Shown piece by piece: positions 1-10,104 of a stretch of 64,000 nucleotides of DNA (position 1 is its first letter; each line of letters opens with the position of its first letter). The notes under the pieces were generated by a model. That model was not told the DNA's origin. It saw nothing but the letters and a program-made list of their open reading frames with translations, and searched no databases. A program made the translations under genes and the position numbers. The DNA is from Patescibacteria group bacterium (GTDB lineage: Bacteria; Patescibacteriota; Patescibacteriia; 2-02-FULL-49-11). Where the stretch lies: the NCBI GenBank assembly GCA_041645165.1, contig JBAZQN010000005.1:19832-83831 (forward strand), given 5' to 3'.

Positions 1-131
1 TGTTTTGTCCATATGTTTAAGTAATAAATTCGGATGAAAAAGATAAAATATTTCATCTACTTGGTATAAGAATTTTTAGGAGATACTATGTAATGAATCG
101 TTGATATACAGACTAAATGTATACTGCGCGG

Positions 132-923
132 TTATCCTTTTGCCATCATGGTGCGGAAGAGGACGACGAGGGGGTCGCCCTTTTTGCGTTGGAGGAGCGA
201 GGGCGTGATCTCAAGCGTGGGAGTGTCGAGGATAAGGCGGGGGTATTCCTTGGTGAGGTTGAGCGCGTTTTCAAACACATAGGCGAGCGGCATAAGGCTT
301 TCCTCATTTTTGTAGAATATATTTTTACCCTCTACTTTTTTAAAATACTTCCGGTAAAAAGCGCGCAAGGTCTCCACCGAGCCGGTGAACGGAGTTTCCG
401 GGGGCACGATGTGATGGGCGCAGATGACTATTTTGGGATCCAATAGCTCAATGTTCTTTTTTGTCTTGTCTAATACGCCCGAGACCTCGGAATCAGACTT
501 TGGCATCGGAAGGAATATGATGTCAGGATGCCCGATTTCCGCGCACTGCTCTTCGGTGAGCTCGTGGGCATTGTCGGCAAAATGCGCGAGGCGTACGCCA
601 TCGACCGTATAGTGCCACGCGATATTGATATCGCCTGCCCATTCATAGATCACCGTCCCGCGCAGGTCGAGATTAGGAAAGGGATTGCTGTGGGTTTTGG
701 TAGGAGGCGCATGATAGAGCCAGCTGCCGGGCGCATAGGAGTGGTCTGCGTCCGGCTCGGAAGAGAGCACGATATTGGCTCCCATAGGCTTCCCCTGAAA
801 TTCGTCAGGGAATTGGGGGCCGAGAGAATACTGCGGATCATTGCTGAAGGGGTCAATAAGAATGCGGAATCCTTGATTATTTTCTATGAGAAAGCAGGAG
901 AGGCCGATGAAGTGGATGGTCAT
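132..923 (-). CDS. Metallo-beta-lactamase-fold metal-dependent hydrolase
   Basis: 263-aa ORF with an MBL-like His/Asp-rich motif (SEPDADH) and overall fold-like pattern; family assignment by eye. Confidence 0.55.
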   Translation of the reverse strand: MTIHFIGLSCFLIENNQGFRILIDPFSNDPQYSLGPQFPDEFQGKPMGANIVLSSEPDADHSYAPGSWLYHAPPTKTHSNPFPNLDLRGTVIYEWAGDINIAWHYTVDGVRLAHFADNAHELTEEQCAEIGHPDIIFLPMPKSDSEVSGVLDKTKKNIELLDPKIVICAHHIVPPETPFTGSVETLRAFYRKYFKKVEGKNIFYKNEESLMPLAYVFENALNLTKEYPRLILDTPTLEITPSLLQRKKGDPLVVLFRTMMAKG

Positions 924-976
924 AGGTCATGGAACATGGAACATATATCATAGAACATATAACATGGATCATGGAA
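921..976. repeat. Heptamer tandem array (CATGGAA-like, about 7 units)
   Basis: catggaa catggaa catatat catagaa catataa catggat catggaa read directly. It is nearly identical to the array at 1611-1665 and an inverted version sits at 2098-2160. Confidence 0.8.
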
Positions 977-1610
977 TTGGCGGTGAATCGGGGGGCCTTT
1001 TTTGCTTTCTTTTACGCGCAATATATAGTAAGAGGGAGAGGAGGGAGAGTGAAGCGTAGTTGAGTATCATAAACCATGACGTAGCCCATGCGATGCCGTT
1101 GAATTTCCATTCAGAGAAAGGCCAGAGGAAGGGAGTTGGGTAAAAGGCAAAAGAGTGGGTAGGAATGTCGGAAAGGATATGGAGAAACCAACCGCCTATT
1201 TCCCAAGGGATGCGTTTGTAGATTATCCAAATAAATGCCAGACATAGAAAAAATACGAAAAGACTGTGGCTGTAATTATAAAGGAGGGTGGCAAGTTGTA
1301 CGGTCCAGTGTGTTGCGGCAGGTGATGGTGCATGTGGCGCGGGCGGGCCTATGCGGGGAACTGAATCGCCGAACAAGGGACCGAGAATGAGCCACGCGAA
1401 AGGAATGCTGAACGCGAAGAGATCAGGAAAAAATCCCCAGAATGCGGCGAGCCAAGGGCTCACCGCCGCGGATTTACGCAGATCGTCTCGCGAGCCCATA
1501 ACGCGGATCAACGCGGAATTGTTTGATTGATGTTTTGTGAGATTGTAGGATTTGGCAGCAGCGGCTGCCCAAAGACCGTGGGCGAGGGTGTCCATAAGAT
1601 CATGGAACAC
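969..1610 (-). CDS. Hypothetical polytopic membrane protein
   Basis: 213-aa hydrophobic ORF with a GTG or ATG start inside or adjacent to the heptamer repeat array. Confidence 0.45.
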   Translation of the reverse strand: MFHDLMDTLAHGLWAAAAAKSYNLTKHQSNNSALIRVMGSRDDLRKSAAVSPWLAAFWGFFPDLFAFSIPFAWLILGPLFGDSVPRIGPPAPHAPSPAATHWTVQLATLLYNYSHSLFVFFLCLAFIWIIYKRIPWEIGGWFLHILSDIPTHSFAFYPTPFLWPFSEWKFNGIAWATSWFMILNYASLSLLSLLLYIARKRKQKRPPDSPPIP

Positions 1611-1708
1611 GTATCATGGAACATGGAACATATATCATAGAACACATAACATGGATTATGGAACATGGAGCATGGAGCATGTAGCACATAACATTGTTCA
1701 TGAGACAG
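1596..1708. repeat. Heptamer tandem array (CATGGAA-like, about 15 units)
   Basis: Period-7 units of the form CATGGAA, CATATAT, CATAGAA, CACATAA, CATGGAG, and so on, filling the intergenic space between two minus-strand genes. Confidence 0.8.
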
Positions 1709-2084
1709 GTTTGGCATGAGAAGTGTTTTTAATTCCCTCAATAGTGGTCCATAACATAGCACCAATTTCATCTGCGAGTTTCATTGACGTTTGAAAATCT
1801 CCTTCAGTCATATAGTTCTCTTTCTTAGAAAATTCAAGTAGATATCTCGATTCTTGAAGGGAACCATATGACATTTCTAAGAAGTTTCTATATACGGTAT
1901 CACGGTTCCGTGCGAATCCTTCGACATAGTTGAGGATTACTGAGAGAGCAGCGCGCCGCAATTGTGAGGTGACGCCGTAAAGCTCCTCATGAGGAAATTT
2001 TTTTGTAAGTGCATATACAAAATGAACATATTCGTCCATCTTTTGTCGGAGTTTCTGATGGAACATTTCATTATTGTATGGCAT
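1698..2084 (-). CDS. Four-helix-bundle protein (23S rRNA intervening-sequence protein family)
   Basis: 128 aa. Motifs FPHEELYGVTSQLRRAALSV..NYVEGF match the TIGR02436/PF05635 four-helix-bundle family. Confidence 0.7.
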   Translation of the reverse strand: MPYNNEMFHQKLRQKMDEYVHFVYALTKKFPHEELYGVTSQLRRAALSVILNYVEGFARNRDTVYRNFLEMSYGSLQESRYLLEFSKKENYMTEGDFQTSMKLADEIGAMLWTTIEGIKNTSHAKPVS

Positions 2085-2097
2085 AGTGGTTTTAATT

Positions 2098-2160
2098 AAT
2101 CAATGAGCCATGTTCTATGTTTCATGTTACGTGTTACATGCTTTATGTTATATATTCATT
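2098..2160. repeat. Inverted copy of the CATGGAA-type heptamer array
   Basis: catgttctatgtttcatgttacgtgttacatgctttatgtt is the reverse complement of the heptamer-array pattern. It lies just upstream of the 4HB gene start. Confidence 0.6.
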
Positions 2161-3410
2161 CCGGTATAGAGGGGATGCGCGTCGGTGAGGTCAGTAACTT
2201 TTTTGCGCACGCGATCCTTCTCTTCTTCGTTATCCCTGTTCTTCAAGGTGCGGACAATCAGTTCCGCGATGGCCTGCATTTCCGGTTCAGTGAATCCCCG
2301 CGTGGTGAGCGCGGCAGTACCGATCCGTAAGCCAGACGGATCCATAGGTTTGCGCGGGTCGAAAGGAATCATGTTTTTATTGGTATAGATTCCCACGCTA
2401 TCGAGCGTTTTTTCCGCTTCTTTTCCTGTAATTCCAAGCGTAGTAAGGTCGAGAAGCAAGAGGTGATTGTCGGTGCCGCCGGAGACGAGCCGTATGCCGT
2501 AGGAGGCGAGTGCAGCGCCCAAGGCCTGGCAATTTCTCACGATTTGCGCGGCGTAACTTTTGAATTCCCCGGTCATCGCTTCACGGAAGCAGACCGCTTT
2601 TGCGGCGATCACATGCTCCAGCGGCCCTCCTTGCATACCCGGCATAACCGCCTTGTCTATTTTTTCCGCATATTCCTTTTTTGAAAGAATAAATGCGCCG
2701 CGCGGGCCGCGCAAGGTCTTATGAGTGGTTGAGCTCACCACATGCGCATAGGGGACCGGAGAAGGATGCACCCCGCCGGCCACGAGCCCAGCAATGTGCG
2801 CCATGTCTACCATGAAGAGTGCGCCCACTTCATCCGCAATTGCGCGAAATGCGGTGAAGTCGATAGTGCGCGGATAGGCAGTGTATCCCGCAAGGATCAG
2901 TTTCGGCCGTTCGCGCAAGGCAATGGCGCGCACCTCATCCATGTCAAGCGTTTCTGTGTCGCGGCGCACGCCATAGGGGATGAAGCGGTAGAATTTGCCG
3001 GAAAAATTTACTGGGCTTCCGTGCGTGAGATGTCCGCCCGATGCGAGGTCCATGGCGAGGACCGTATCGCCCAGCTCAAGCAGCGCAAAGTATGCTTCCA
3101 TGTTCGCGCTCGAGCCGGAGTGCGGCTGCACGTTTGCGTGTTCCGCGCCGAACAATTGTTTAGCGCGCTCGCGCGCAAGGTTTTCTACCACGTCAATCCA
3201 TTCATTGCCGCCATAGTAGCGCTTGCCCGGATAACCCTCGGAATATTTATTCGTGAGGCAGGAGCCCATTGCTTCCAGCACGGCGGGCGAGGTGTAATTT
3301 TCAGACGCGATCATCTCTAAGCCCTGGCGCTGGCGTTTCAGCTCTCCTTGCATGGCATTGCTTAATTCTTCGTCTTGTTGGGTGAGGGTGGTAAAGGAAG
3401 GCATAATCAA
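2148..3410 (-). CDS. glyA: Serine hydroxymethyltransferase
   Basis: 420 aa with full-length SHMT signature ([14 protein letters not shown]..., the PLP region [11 protein letters not shown]). Confidence 0.95.
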   Translation of the reverse strand: MIMPSFTTLTQQDEELSNAMQGELKRQRQGLEMIASENYTSPAVLEAMGSCLTNKYSEGYPGKRYYGGNEWIDVVENLARERAKQLFGAEHANVQPHSGSSANMEAYFALLELGDTVLAMDLASGGHLTHGSPVNFSGKFYRFIPYGVRRDTETLDMDEVRAIALRERPKLILAGYTAYPRTIDFTAFRAIADEVGALFMVDMAHIAGLVAGGVHPSPVPYAHVVSSTTHKTLRGPRGAFILSKKEYAEKIDKAVMPGMQGGPLEHVIAAKAVCFREAMTGEFKSYAAQIVRNCQALGAALASYGIRLVSGGTDNHLLLLDLTTLGITGKEAEKTLDSVGIYTNKNMIPFDPRKPMDPSGLRIGTAALTTRGFTEPEMQAIAELIVRTLKNRDNEEEKDRVRKKVTDLTDAHPLYTGMNI

Positions 3411-3756
3411 ATAAGTTCAAAGTTCAAAACTCAAATGTCAAAACTGTATGCGATCGGTGGGTAGTGTCTTGTTGTATCGGAATTTTCCGCCGAAGGCGGA
3501 TCTGCCTCTGGCACGACAATCTTTTCGCGTACGTCAGCGTAAGGTCGGCGTAAGCCTGCCCGCCATAGCCTTGATGAAAATACGCTGCGTCAACTGAGAA
3601 CAAACGATACGCTGTGTTACTCTCATTGATTGTTAGCAGGTTTGGCAGGCGGGTCCGCGATTAATGCCGAAGGCTTAATTTAATTACAACATAGTTTAAT
3701 ATATCGTTAAAATCTGCTAGAATTTACTGTATCACGTATTACCTATATTACCATAT

Positions 3757-4881
3757 TTGTTTATGCGTACGCGACTCATATTCAATATCGCTATCATGGG
3801 AATAGCAGCATTATTGCCTTTTTTTGTATATGCGAGGGGAGACGCGGTGGTGATCTCTGCGGATGAGAACGTGCGGGGCGATGTCGTGCGCATGGGGAGC
3901 ACGGTGCGGATCCTCGCGCCCGTGGACGGTGATGTGATAGTCGCGGGCGGCACTGTAGAGATCGCGGGGCCGGTCACCGGTGACGTGATTGCCATAGGGG
4001 GCGAAGTGCGCATCACGTCTGATGTCGGCGGGAGCGTGCGTGTGGCAGGCGGCACCGTGGAAATTTCAGGCAGCGTCGGCAGGGGCGTGTCCGTGGTGGG
4101 CGGAAGGGTGCAGCTTTCTGATGCATCGGAAGTGGGGTGGAGTATGACCGCGTTCAGCGCAGATGTGGCAATCAATGGGCGCGTGGGGCGCGATGTCCGT
4201 GTGTATGGGGGATCGGTGGCGGTTGCCGGAGAGATAGGAAGGGATCTAACGGTCTACGGCAGGAGCGGCGATCGCGTGACGCTTGAGCCGACCGCAATCG
4301 TGCATGGAGCAATGGATTATACTTCCCAAGAGCCTGCCGCTATCCGCGACGGCGCCGTCGTGGAAGGGGAGATGCGGTTCCACCAGATTTCAAGAGAGAG
4401 CGCCAAGGCCGCATTCGCGGCCCATGCCATTGCCAGCCTTATCCGATTGTTCGGTTTGATTGTGGTGGGACTCGTGCTCATTACGCTTGCCCCGAAGGCC
4501 ATCGAGGTATTAGGTGAAAGGAAAAATGTGTGGACATTGAAAGGAGCGGGGTGGGGGCTGGTATGGCTCGTGCTCCCTCCTTTAGTCGCCCTCGCACTCC
4601 TGTTTACGCTCATCGGCGTGCCGCTCGCGCTTATCCTTGCGGCGCTATGGGCGGTAGGTTTGTATTGCGCGCAGGTCATCGTGGCGTTTACCCTTGGGAA
4701 ACTACTTTTGGTGGATGTATTGAAATCAGAAGCCTCCCACAGGTTTTTCTGCCTCGCGGCTGGCGCCGCGGTATGGATTGCGCTTGTCTCCATCCCGATG
4801 ATAGGATTGATGATCGGACTGGTGGGTACTATTCTAGGGCTCGGAAGCATGGTGGGGTATTTTAGAAAAGGTACTGCATAA
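3757..4881 (+). CDS. Membrane protein with bactofilin-like (polymer-forming) Gly/Val-rich repeat domain and C-terminal multi-TM region
   Basis: Signal or anchor sequence, then repeated GDV..GG.V.I.G.V motifs, then about 4 TM helices. Family assignment is tentative. Confidence 0.45.
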   Translation: MFMRTRLIFNIAIMGIAALLPFFVYARGDAVVISADENVRGDVVRMGSTVRILAPVDGDVIVAGGTVEIAGPVTGDVIAIGGEVRITSDVGGSVRVAGGTVEISGSVGRGVSVVGGRVQLSDASEVGWSMTAFSADVAINGRVGRDVRVYGGSVAVAGEIGRDLTVYGRSGDRVTLEPTAIVHGAMDYTSQEPAAIRDGAVVEGEMRFHQISRESAKAAFAAHAIASLIRLFGLIVVGLVLITLAPKAIEVLGERKNVWTLKGAGWGLVWLVLPPLVALALLFTLIGVPLALILAALWAVGLYCAQVIVAFTLGKLLLVDVLKSEASHRFFCLAAGAAVWIALVSIPMIGLMIGLVGTILGLGSMVGYFRKGTA

Positions 4882-5010
4882 TAAGAGCGTAATGCAATTC
4901 AGTGTATTTCCGTGTAGGATTCAGTTTTTTCAGTGAGAAAAGTTTTTCACACTGAATGCACACGGAAGCATGCACTGAAACGACACAAAAATCGAACTAC
5001 TACTGTTTAC

Positions 5011-5242
5011 TATACTCAATTGCTATTCAAATTCCGATTCCATCGTCATTCCCGCCCCGTATCACGGTACGGGGCAAACCATGGCCTCGCGCAGGCGGGG
5101 CTCCGGCGGGAATCCAGACGCCGTCCTCGACCGAGATCGGGGAACACCAAAAGAAAATCGATGTTTTGTTTGTTTTTTATGTCTGGATTCCAGATCTCGG
5201 TCTGGAATGACAATCGGAATTAGGTTAGCAAGTTAGTATAAT
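5011..5242 (+). mobile_element. MITE-like repeat, copy 1 (subfamily A)
   Basis: Shares termini tatactcaattgctattcaaattccgat... and ...tctggattccagatc.cggtctggaatgacaatcggaat.gggttggcaa.tagtataat with the copies at 43284-43492 and 56272-56474. It has internal GC hairpins and imperfect terminal inverted repeats (attccgatt...tcattcc / ggaatgacaatcggaat). Confidence 0.8.
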
Positions 5243-7453
5243 ATGATTTCTCGCACATTGCAGGTCGCGCAATTAAGGAAAGAATTTGAAGATGCGGTGG
5301 AGAGCGCCACGCCCGAAGAAGTGAAGAGGGGGCGTTTGTTTGATTTGGATCAGGAGGGTGAAATCCGCGTGACACTGACCAAGGACCTGGTTGAGCGACT
5401 AGGCTTGAAAGCGTGGCTCGCGAATTACCGCGAGGAAGCATCGCACTCCACCGGCGGCATCCGCGGCCCGCAAAATATCAAATATTGGTGGGATTGGCGC
5501 TTCCCGCTCAATGGGCTGGGGGTGGCGCTTGCCACCATAGCAAAAGCGCAGGTTGTGCGGCAGGATGTGGGCGCGCGCAAGATCAGGAAAATCCTCGGGG
5601 GAGAGGTGCGCTATAACACCGCCGCCTATATGGATCTGATTGCGCGAATTGAAGCGGCGCTCGACATCGAAGTGCATTGTGTCCCGGGCAGGAAGACCTT
5701 GCCCATTTGGCTCGCGTCATTCCTCACGTTTATGCTAGATTATGACGGAGGAGAGTATGTGACTTCCTCGCACGGCATTTCCAGCAAGATTGCGACCAAG
5801 GATTTGAACAATGAAGGAGGGCAATTCATGCCCGAGATATCCCTCCGGTTTGTGGATGAAATAGAACGCATCATTCATGAAGCTGAAACTGACCCTAAGG
5901 GCCTTACCATTACCTTGGCGCCGCGCAAAGACTCTCGCATTATTGAGGATGTGGAAGGGATTCCCGCGTACCTTGCATATTTGCGCACAAGCGTTGCCAC
6001 TCCTGAAAATATTGCACTTATTACGCAAGCGACCGGACAAGGATTTACCGCCCTGTTTGATTTTATCGGAGGTTGCATGCAGCGGACCATGGAGCCGCTC
6101 CTTGAGCAGCTTGGGGTGGCGGGCGCGTTCCGCTGGCATCATGGGGAGGAGGACCCTTTTTTCCATGGGGTGGGCAAAACACACAGGCTGAATCCGCAGA
6201 CAGGTAAAGAGGAGTATTATGATTACTCATGCGATACGACCCTCATGGACGTAGTGAAGACCTTGGGGTACGAAGAAACGCTCCGCGGCAAGCCTGTGGG
6301 ATTTCCCGTATTCATCACTGATCCGGACGGCGATCGGCTGGTGCTTGCAGAAGTGCAGGATGCGCAGAGGGTATCGGAATTGGATGAGCTCGGCATTGAT
6401 TATATTCCTTTAGATGCGGGGAAAGTCCTCGTCATCTTTATGCCCAACCAGTCTTTTTTCATGACGTTTGATTTCCATGCGCGAAGCTTAAAAGCTTCAG
6501 GGTGTTGGGGCGACCACGACCGATTTATGATAAAGACTACGCTTTCCGCGGCGTTCTGGGATGAATGGGCTGCAGTAAGCCGCGTGGCGGTGGTGAACGT
6601 CCCGGTGGGTTTCAAGGAAATATCCCATGTCATGAAAAAGGTGGAAGCGCAGTTACACACAAGCGCAGACCGACGCAGACTGAATACGCAGACCGACGCA
6701 GACGATATTCTAGTGCGCGATATATATGGGAAAACTATTAATCTTGGCAAAAATCCACGGCTGCTTTTTGGCGGCGAGGAAAGCGGCGGCATGATTATCG
6801 GCCCGGAAGAGCTGGTGGCAAGCCGTGCGGGCAGGCGGGCGATCGCCATGCGGGAGAAGAGCGCGGGAGAAGCGTCCATTATTACCGCAGCGCTCGCTAC
6901 TCATTTGTTTTTAGCGAAGAAGACTTTCTTGGATTATTATGTGAGCATTTTGGAAGAGTATCACATACGTTATCGCTATAATGTCCGCGGCCAAGTCGCT
7001 TATTACAATGAGAGCGAACCTGATCCGGTGAAGCTCATGAAGGCAAAACAGGGAGGCGAGCGGGTTCGGGACAAGAATGACACTTACTTTTTAACGCTAG
7101 CCGTAGCCAGAAAAGAAGGGCTCATCACCGTGGCGCACGCGCGTGAAATATTGAGTGAAGCCTTTCCGCATCTGCAGTTCCACAATTTGGTTGATGTGCG
7201 TTTTGTCGGGGACGGCACCATGATGGTGTTTGAAGACAAATCAATTGAGGTGCGCAAATCAGGCACGGATGCGAAAACGCGCGCCGCGGCATTTGGGGTT
7301 CATAGGGAAGAGTGCCAGCGCTACATGGACGCGTTCTTGCATTATCTCGGCGACATCACGCCCGCCTATGCGCGACTGATACCGGACGCGTATCGCGCGC
7401 AGGTTCCCCAAAAGGCAAAAGAATTGTATATGCAGTACTTGCGGGAGGATTAA
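5243..7453 (+). CDS. Alpha-D-phosphohexomutase superfamily protein (phosphoglucomutase/phosphomannomutase-like), unusually long
   Basis: All four family motifs are present: STGGIRG (cf. GTSGLRG), TSSHG (the active-Ser loop, cf. TASHNP), DPDGDR (metal loop) and GGEESGG (sugar loop). At 736 aa it is longer than typical PGMs. Confidence 0.6.
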   Translation: MISRTLQVAQLRKEFEDAVESATPEEVKRGRLFDLDQEGEIRVTLTKDLVERLGLKAWLANYREEASHSTGGIRGPQNIKYWWDWRFPLNGLGVALATIAKAQVVRQDVGARKIRKILGGEVRYNTAAYMDLIARIEAALDIEVHCVPGRKTLPIWLASFLTFMLDYDGGEYVTSSHGISSKIATKDLNNEGGQFMPEISLRFVDEIERIIHEAETDPKGLTITLAPRKDSRIIEDVEGIPAYLAYLRTSVATPENIALITQATGQGFTALFDFIGGCMQRTMEPLLEQLGVAGAFRWHHGEEDPFFHGVGKTHRLNPQTGKEEYYDYSCDTTLMDVVKTLGYEETLRGKPVGFPVFITDPDGDRLVLAEVQDAQRVSELDELGIDYIPLDAGKVLVIFMPNQSFFMTFDFHARSLKASGCWGDHDRFMIKTTLSAAFWDEWAAVSRVAVVNVPVGFKEISHVMKKVEAQLHTSADRRRLNTQTDADDILVRDIYGKTINLGKNPRLLFGGEESGGMIIGPEELVASRAGRRAIAMREKSAGEASIITAALATHLFLAKKTFLDYYVSILEEYHIRYRYNVRGQVAYYNESEPDPVKLMKAKQGGERVRDKNDTYFLTLAVARKEGLITVAHAREILSEAFPHLQFHNLVDVRFVGDGTMMVFEDKSIEVRKSGTDAKTRAAAFGVHREECQRYMDAFLHYLGDITPAYARLIPDAYRAQVPQKAKELYMQYLRED

Positions 7454-7475
7454 CAATATTTTCTGGTGTGTTGTT

Positions 7476-8963
7476 ATGGCATTAAGTGCATATTTGGAGC
7501 ATATCTTGAAAGACGCGGAGGAACTCCCACCCGCACGGCCTTATATAAATCACGCGGTGGCATTTAAACAGCCAGTGACGCCGCGCGAGAGGGCAGAGGC
7601 GCTTGAGAAGGCGGGCCTTAATGTCTTTTTTTATCCCGCAGCATTGATAAACGGCTGCGACCTCCTGTCCGATTCCGGGACCGGTGCCATGACGAATGAG
7701 CAGTGGGCGTCGCTCCACTACGGAGATGAAGCGTACGGCTCCAACCAAGGGTATTTTCTTTTGCGGGAACAAGTGCGCCATACGTTTGGAGATTTATTTT
7801 TCAATAATCTCACTGGCAGTTTCAACGCGTTCCTCTTCCATCAGGACCGGGCGGCCGAGTGCGCGCTGTTCACCCAAATAGGGAAACTTGGCACGGGGTT
7901 GATTATTCCCAGCAACGGCCATTTTGACACGACGCACGCGAACATCGAGGCGAATGGCATGCGCGCGCTTAATTTATTTTCTCCCGCACTGAAGCGCAAA
8001 GAGGATTCGTCCGCGTTTAAGGGCGACATGGACACGGAGAGGTTCATACAGTTGCTGGAGGAGTCGCGCGCGAAGGTGCCGCTCGTGTACCTTACCATTA
8101 CGAACAATACCGGCGGCGGACAGCCGGTATCGCTTGGCAACATTGCGGAAGTGGCCCGCATCGCCCATGCGCAGGGAATTCCCCTCTTTTTGGATGCGTG
8201 CCGTTTTGCGGAAAATGCCTGGTTTATACAGCAGCGCGAGCCAGGATACCGCGAGAAAGCCATTCCTGATATTGTCAGAGAAATATTTTCATACGCGGAC
8301 GGCTTTACCATCAGTTTCAAGAAAGACGGGCTGGCAAACATGGGTGGGGGATTATTTTTAAAAGAAAATGGGCTTTTTGTCCGAAAATATCCCCGTATGT
8401 CCGACGCGCTCACCAATCATCAGATTCTCACGGAAGGGAATCCCACATATGGCGGGCTTTCGGGGCGCGATATCATGACGATCGTCGAAGGATTGAAGAC
8501 GGTGGTGCGGCAAGAGTATCTTGATTACCGGACATCGCAGGTGCAGGCGTTCGGGGAACATATGAAAGAGTTGGGTCTTCCCGTGCTCACCCCCGCCGGC
8601 GGGCATGCGGTGTATATGGACATGACGGAATTTTTTTCTGATACCCGGATGCGACACGAGGATTTCGGCGGTATCTCGTGTACCGCGCTGCTGCTTGCCG
8701 CCTATGGACACCGCGCGTGCGAGCTTGGCGATTTCGCGTTTGGGTCGTATGATACGGTAGCGGGGAAAGACAATTTCCCGGAAGTAAATTTCGTGCGCTT
8801 CGCAGTGCCGCGCTTGCGCTATGAGCGGGAGGATTTGGAAGCGGTTGCGGGCGCGGTGAAGGCGCTCTATGACCGCCGCGACGAGATGCCTCCCGTGCGG
8901 GTCACCTATGGCCGCGATCTCCCTTTAAGGCATTTCAAAGCGCGGTTTGAGTTTATTGATTAA
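7476..8963 (+). CDS. Tryptophanase / tyrosine phenol-lyase family beta-eliminating lyase
   Basis: 495 aa with motifs DSGTGA, GDEAYGS, TNNTGGGQPVS, DACRFAENAWFI, PTYGGL and GGHAV aligned to E. coli TnaA. Confidence 0.8.
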   Translation: MALSAYLEHILKDAEELPPARPYINHAVAFKQPVTPRERAEALEKAGLNVFFYPAALINGCDLLSDSGTGAMTNEQWASLHYGDEAYGSNQGYFLLREQVRHTFGDLFFNNLTGSFNAFLFHQDRAAECALFTQIGKLGTGLIIPSNGHFDTTHANIEANGMRALNLFSPALKRKEDSSAFKGDMDTERFIQLLEESRAKVPLVYLTITNNTGGGQPVSLGNIAEVARIAHAQGIPLFLDACRFAENAWFIQQREPGYREKAIPDIVREIFSYADGFTISFKKDGLANMGGGLFLKENGLFVRKYPRMSDALTNHQILTEGNPTYGGLSGRDIMTIVEGLKTVVRQEYLDYRTSQVQAFGEHMKELGLPVLTPAGGHAVYMDMTEFFSDTRMRHEDFGGISCTALLLAAYGHRACELGDFAFGSYDTVAGKDNFPEVNFVRFAVPRLRYEREDLEAVAGAVKALYDRRDEMPPVRVTYGRDLPLRHFKARFEFID

Positions 8964-8991
8964 GAATATGAACAACTAAGACTAGAATTGT

Positions 8992-10104
8992 ATGGTGACC
9001 CGGAGAGAATTTCTAAGTGGATTATTCAGCCCGCATGGTGAAGAAGAGAAATCAGCTCCTTCATTTGAGAAACCTGTGGAACCAGAAATGGCGGAGCAAA
9101 GATTATTCGAGCGTGATACGTTTACCATCAATGATAAGAGAGTGGAATTTTACGGCATTGTGCATGATATTAAATTACCAGAAAGGTACTGGAAAGTTTT
9201 GGAGGACGCGATACAACGTGCATCTATAGTGGTACTAGAGTATGCGCCTCAAGCGTCAGGGTTATATGACCGTTCGTTCATAGCTAAACACAGAGAGTCT
9301 CTCAAGAAGTATTTTCCGGACTTCGCTGAGCTTGAGGATATAAGCGACCAGGAGATTTTTGAAGCCTTGATCCGAGAACCATCTCTTCACTTTTATCGTG
9401 AAATGGAAAATCTTGCCGCACGGCACAAGAAGCGCATCGTCACGATCGATCCGCACCTGTTAGCGCATGAGAAGATCCATGAACTGTATAAAACCGATCA
9501 GAAGGCGGATCTTATTAAGTCGCTTGGCATGGTTGGCGGTGCTACGGGAGTGCTTCTTTCCGCGATATTGCGAAAAAAATTGATAGGAGAGCACGTACGC
9601 GGCGAAAATGGTGAGAATAAAAAAGAAGAGGACTCCTCTTCAACTTACACACGGAGGCGCTTCCTTGACACCACGCTTAAGGCTGGTATTGGTATCTCTG
9701 CTACGGTAGGAGCATTGAGCACCCTTTCAAAAGGGGCGCAGATACTTGGCCATCCTGAGTACGGCAAGAAATTGGGATATGACGATCAGTTTGTCGGACG
9801 CGAGGAGAATCCATTGGGAGCTTTCTTGTATGATGAAGTTGATTTTAAAGATGTCATGATTGCGAAAGGGATGGATGAAGTGACTCAACATATGCACGCG
9901 GAAGACGAAGAGGCGGCCATGATTTATGGTTTCTTTCACAAAACTGGAATCGGCCATTATTTACGTTCGCCTCGCGAGCGAGCGGCACGAGAGCAGTTGT
10001 ACGCACCCTATAAGGGCGCCGTTGGGCCGCATAAATTGCGGATGTATGAATACGATGGTACAAAAGAGGAATGGAGGAAAATAGAAGAGAGGAATATCAC
10101 ATAA
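8992..10104 (+). CDS. Hypothetical protein (Tat-like RREFLSGL N-terminus; second RRRFLDTTLKAG motif mid-protein)
   Basis: 370-aa ORF in a lower-GC stretch with no family I can assign. Confidence 0.4.
   Translation: MVTRREFLSGLFSPHGEEEKSAPSFEKPVEPEMAEQRLFERDTFTINDKRVEFYGIVHDIKLPERYWKVLEDAIQRASIVVLEYAPQASGLYDRSFIAKHRESLKKYFPDFAELEDISDQEIFEALIREPSLHFYREMENLAARHKKRIVTIDPHLLAHEKIHELYKTDQKADLIKSLGMVGGATGVLLSAILRKKLIGEHVRGENGENKKEEDSSSTYTRRRFLDTTLKAGIGISATVGALSTLSKGAQILGHPEYGKKLGYDDQFVGREENPLGAFLYDEVDFKDVMIAKGMDEVTQHMHAEDEEAAMIYGFFHKTGIGHYLRSPRERAAREQLYAPYKGAVGPHKLRMYEYDGTKEEWRKIEERNIT

Noticed and set aside
3732-4850. Minus-strand ORFs 3732-4175 and 4317-4850 (147 aa and 177 aa).
   Set aside because: They are antisense to the 3757-4881 repeat-protein gene, with a Pro/Thr/Ser-rich composition typical of the reverse frame of a GC-rich Gly/Val gene.
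5237-5245. TAGTATAAT at the end of MITE copy 1 acting as the -10 for the downstream phosphohexomutase-like gene.
   Set aside because: The hexamer abuts the annotated ATG (0-nt spacing), so a transcript initiated from it would start inside the ORF. This is plausible only for copy 2 (10-nt spacing).
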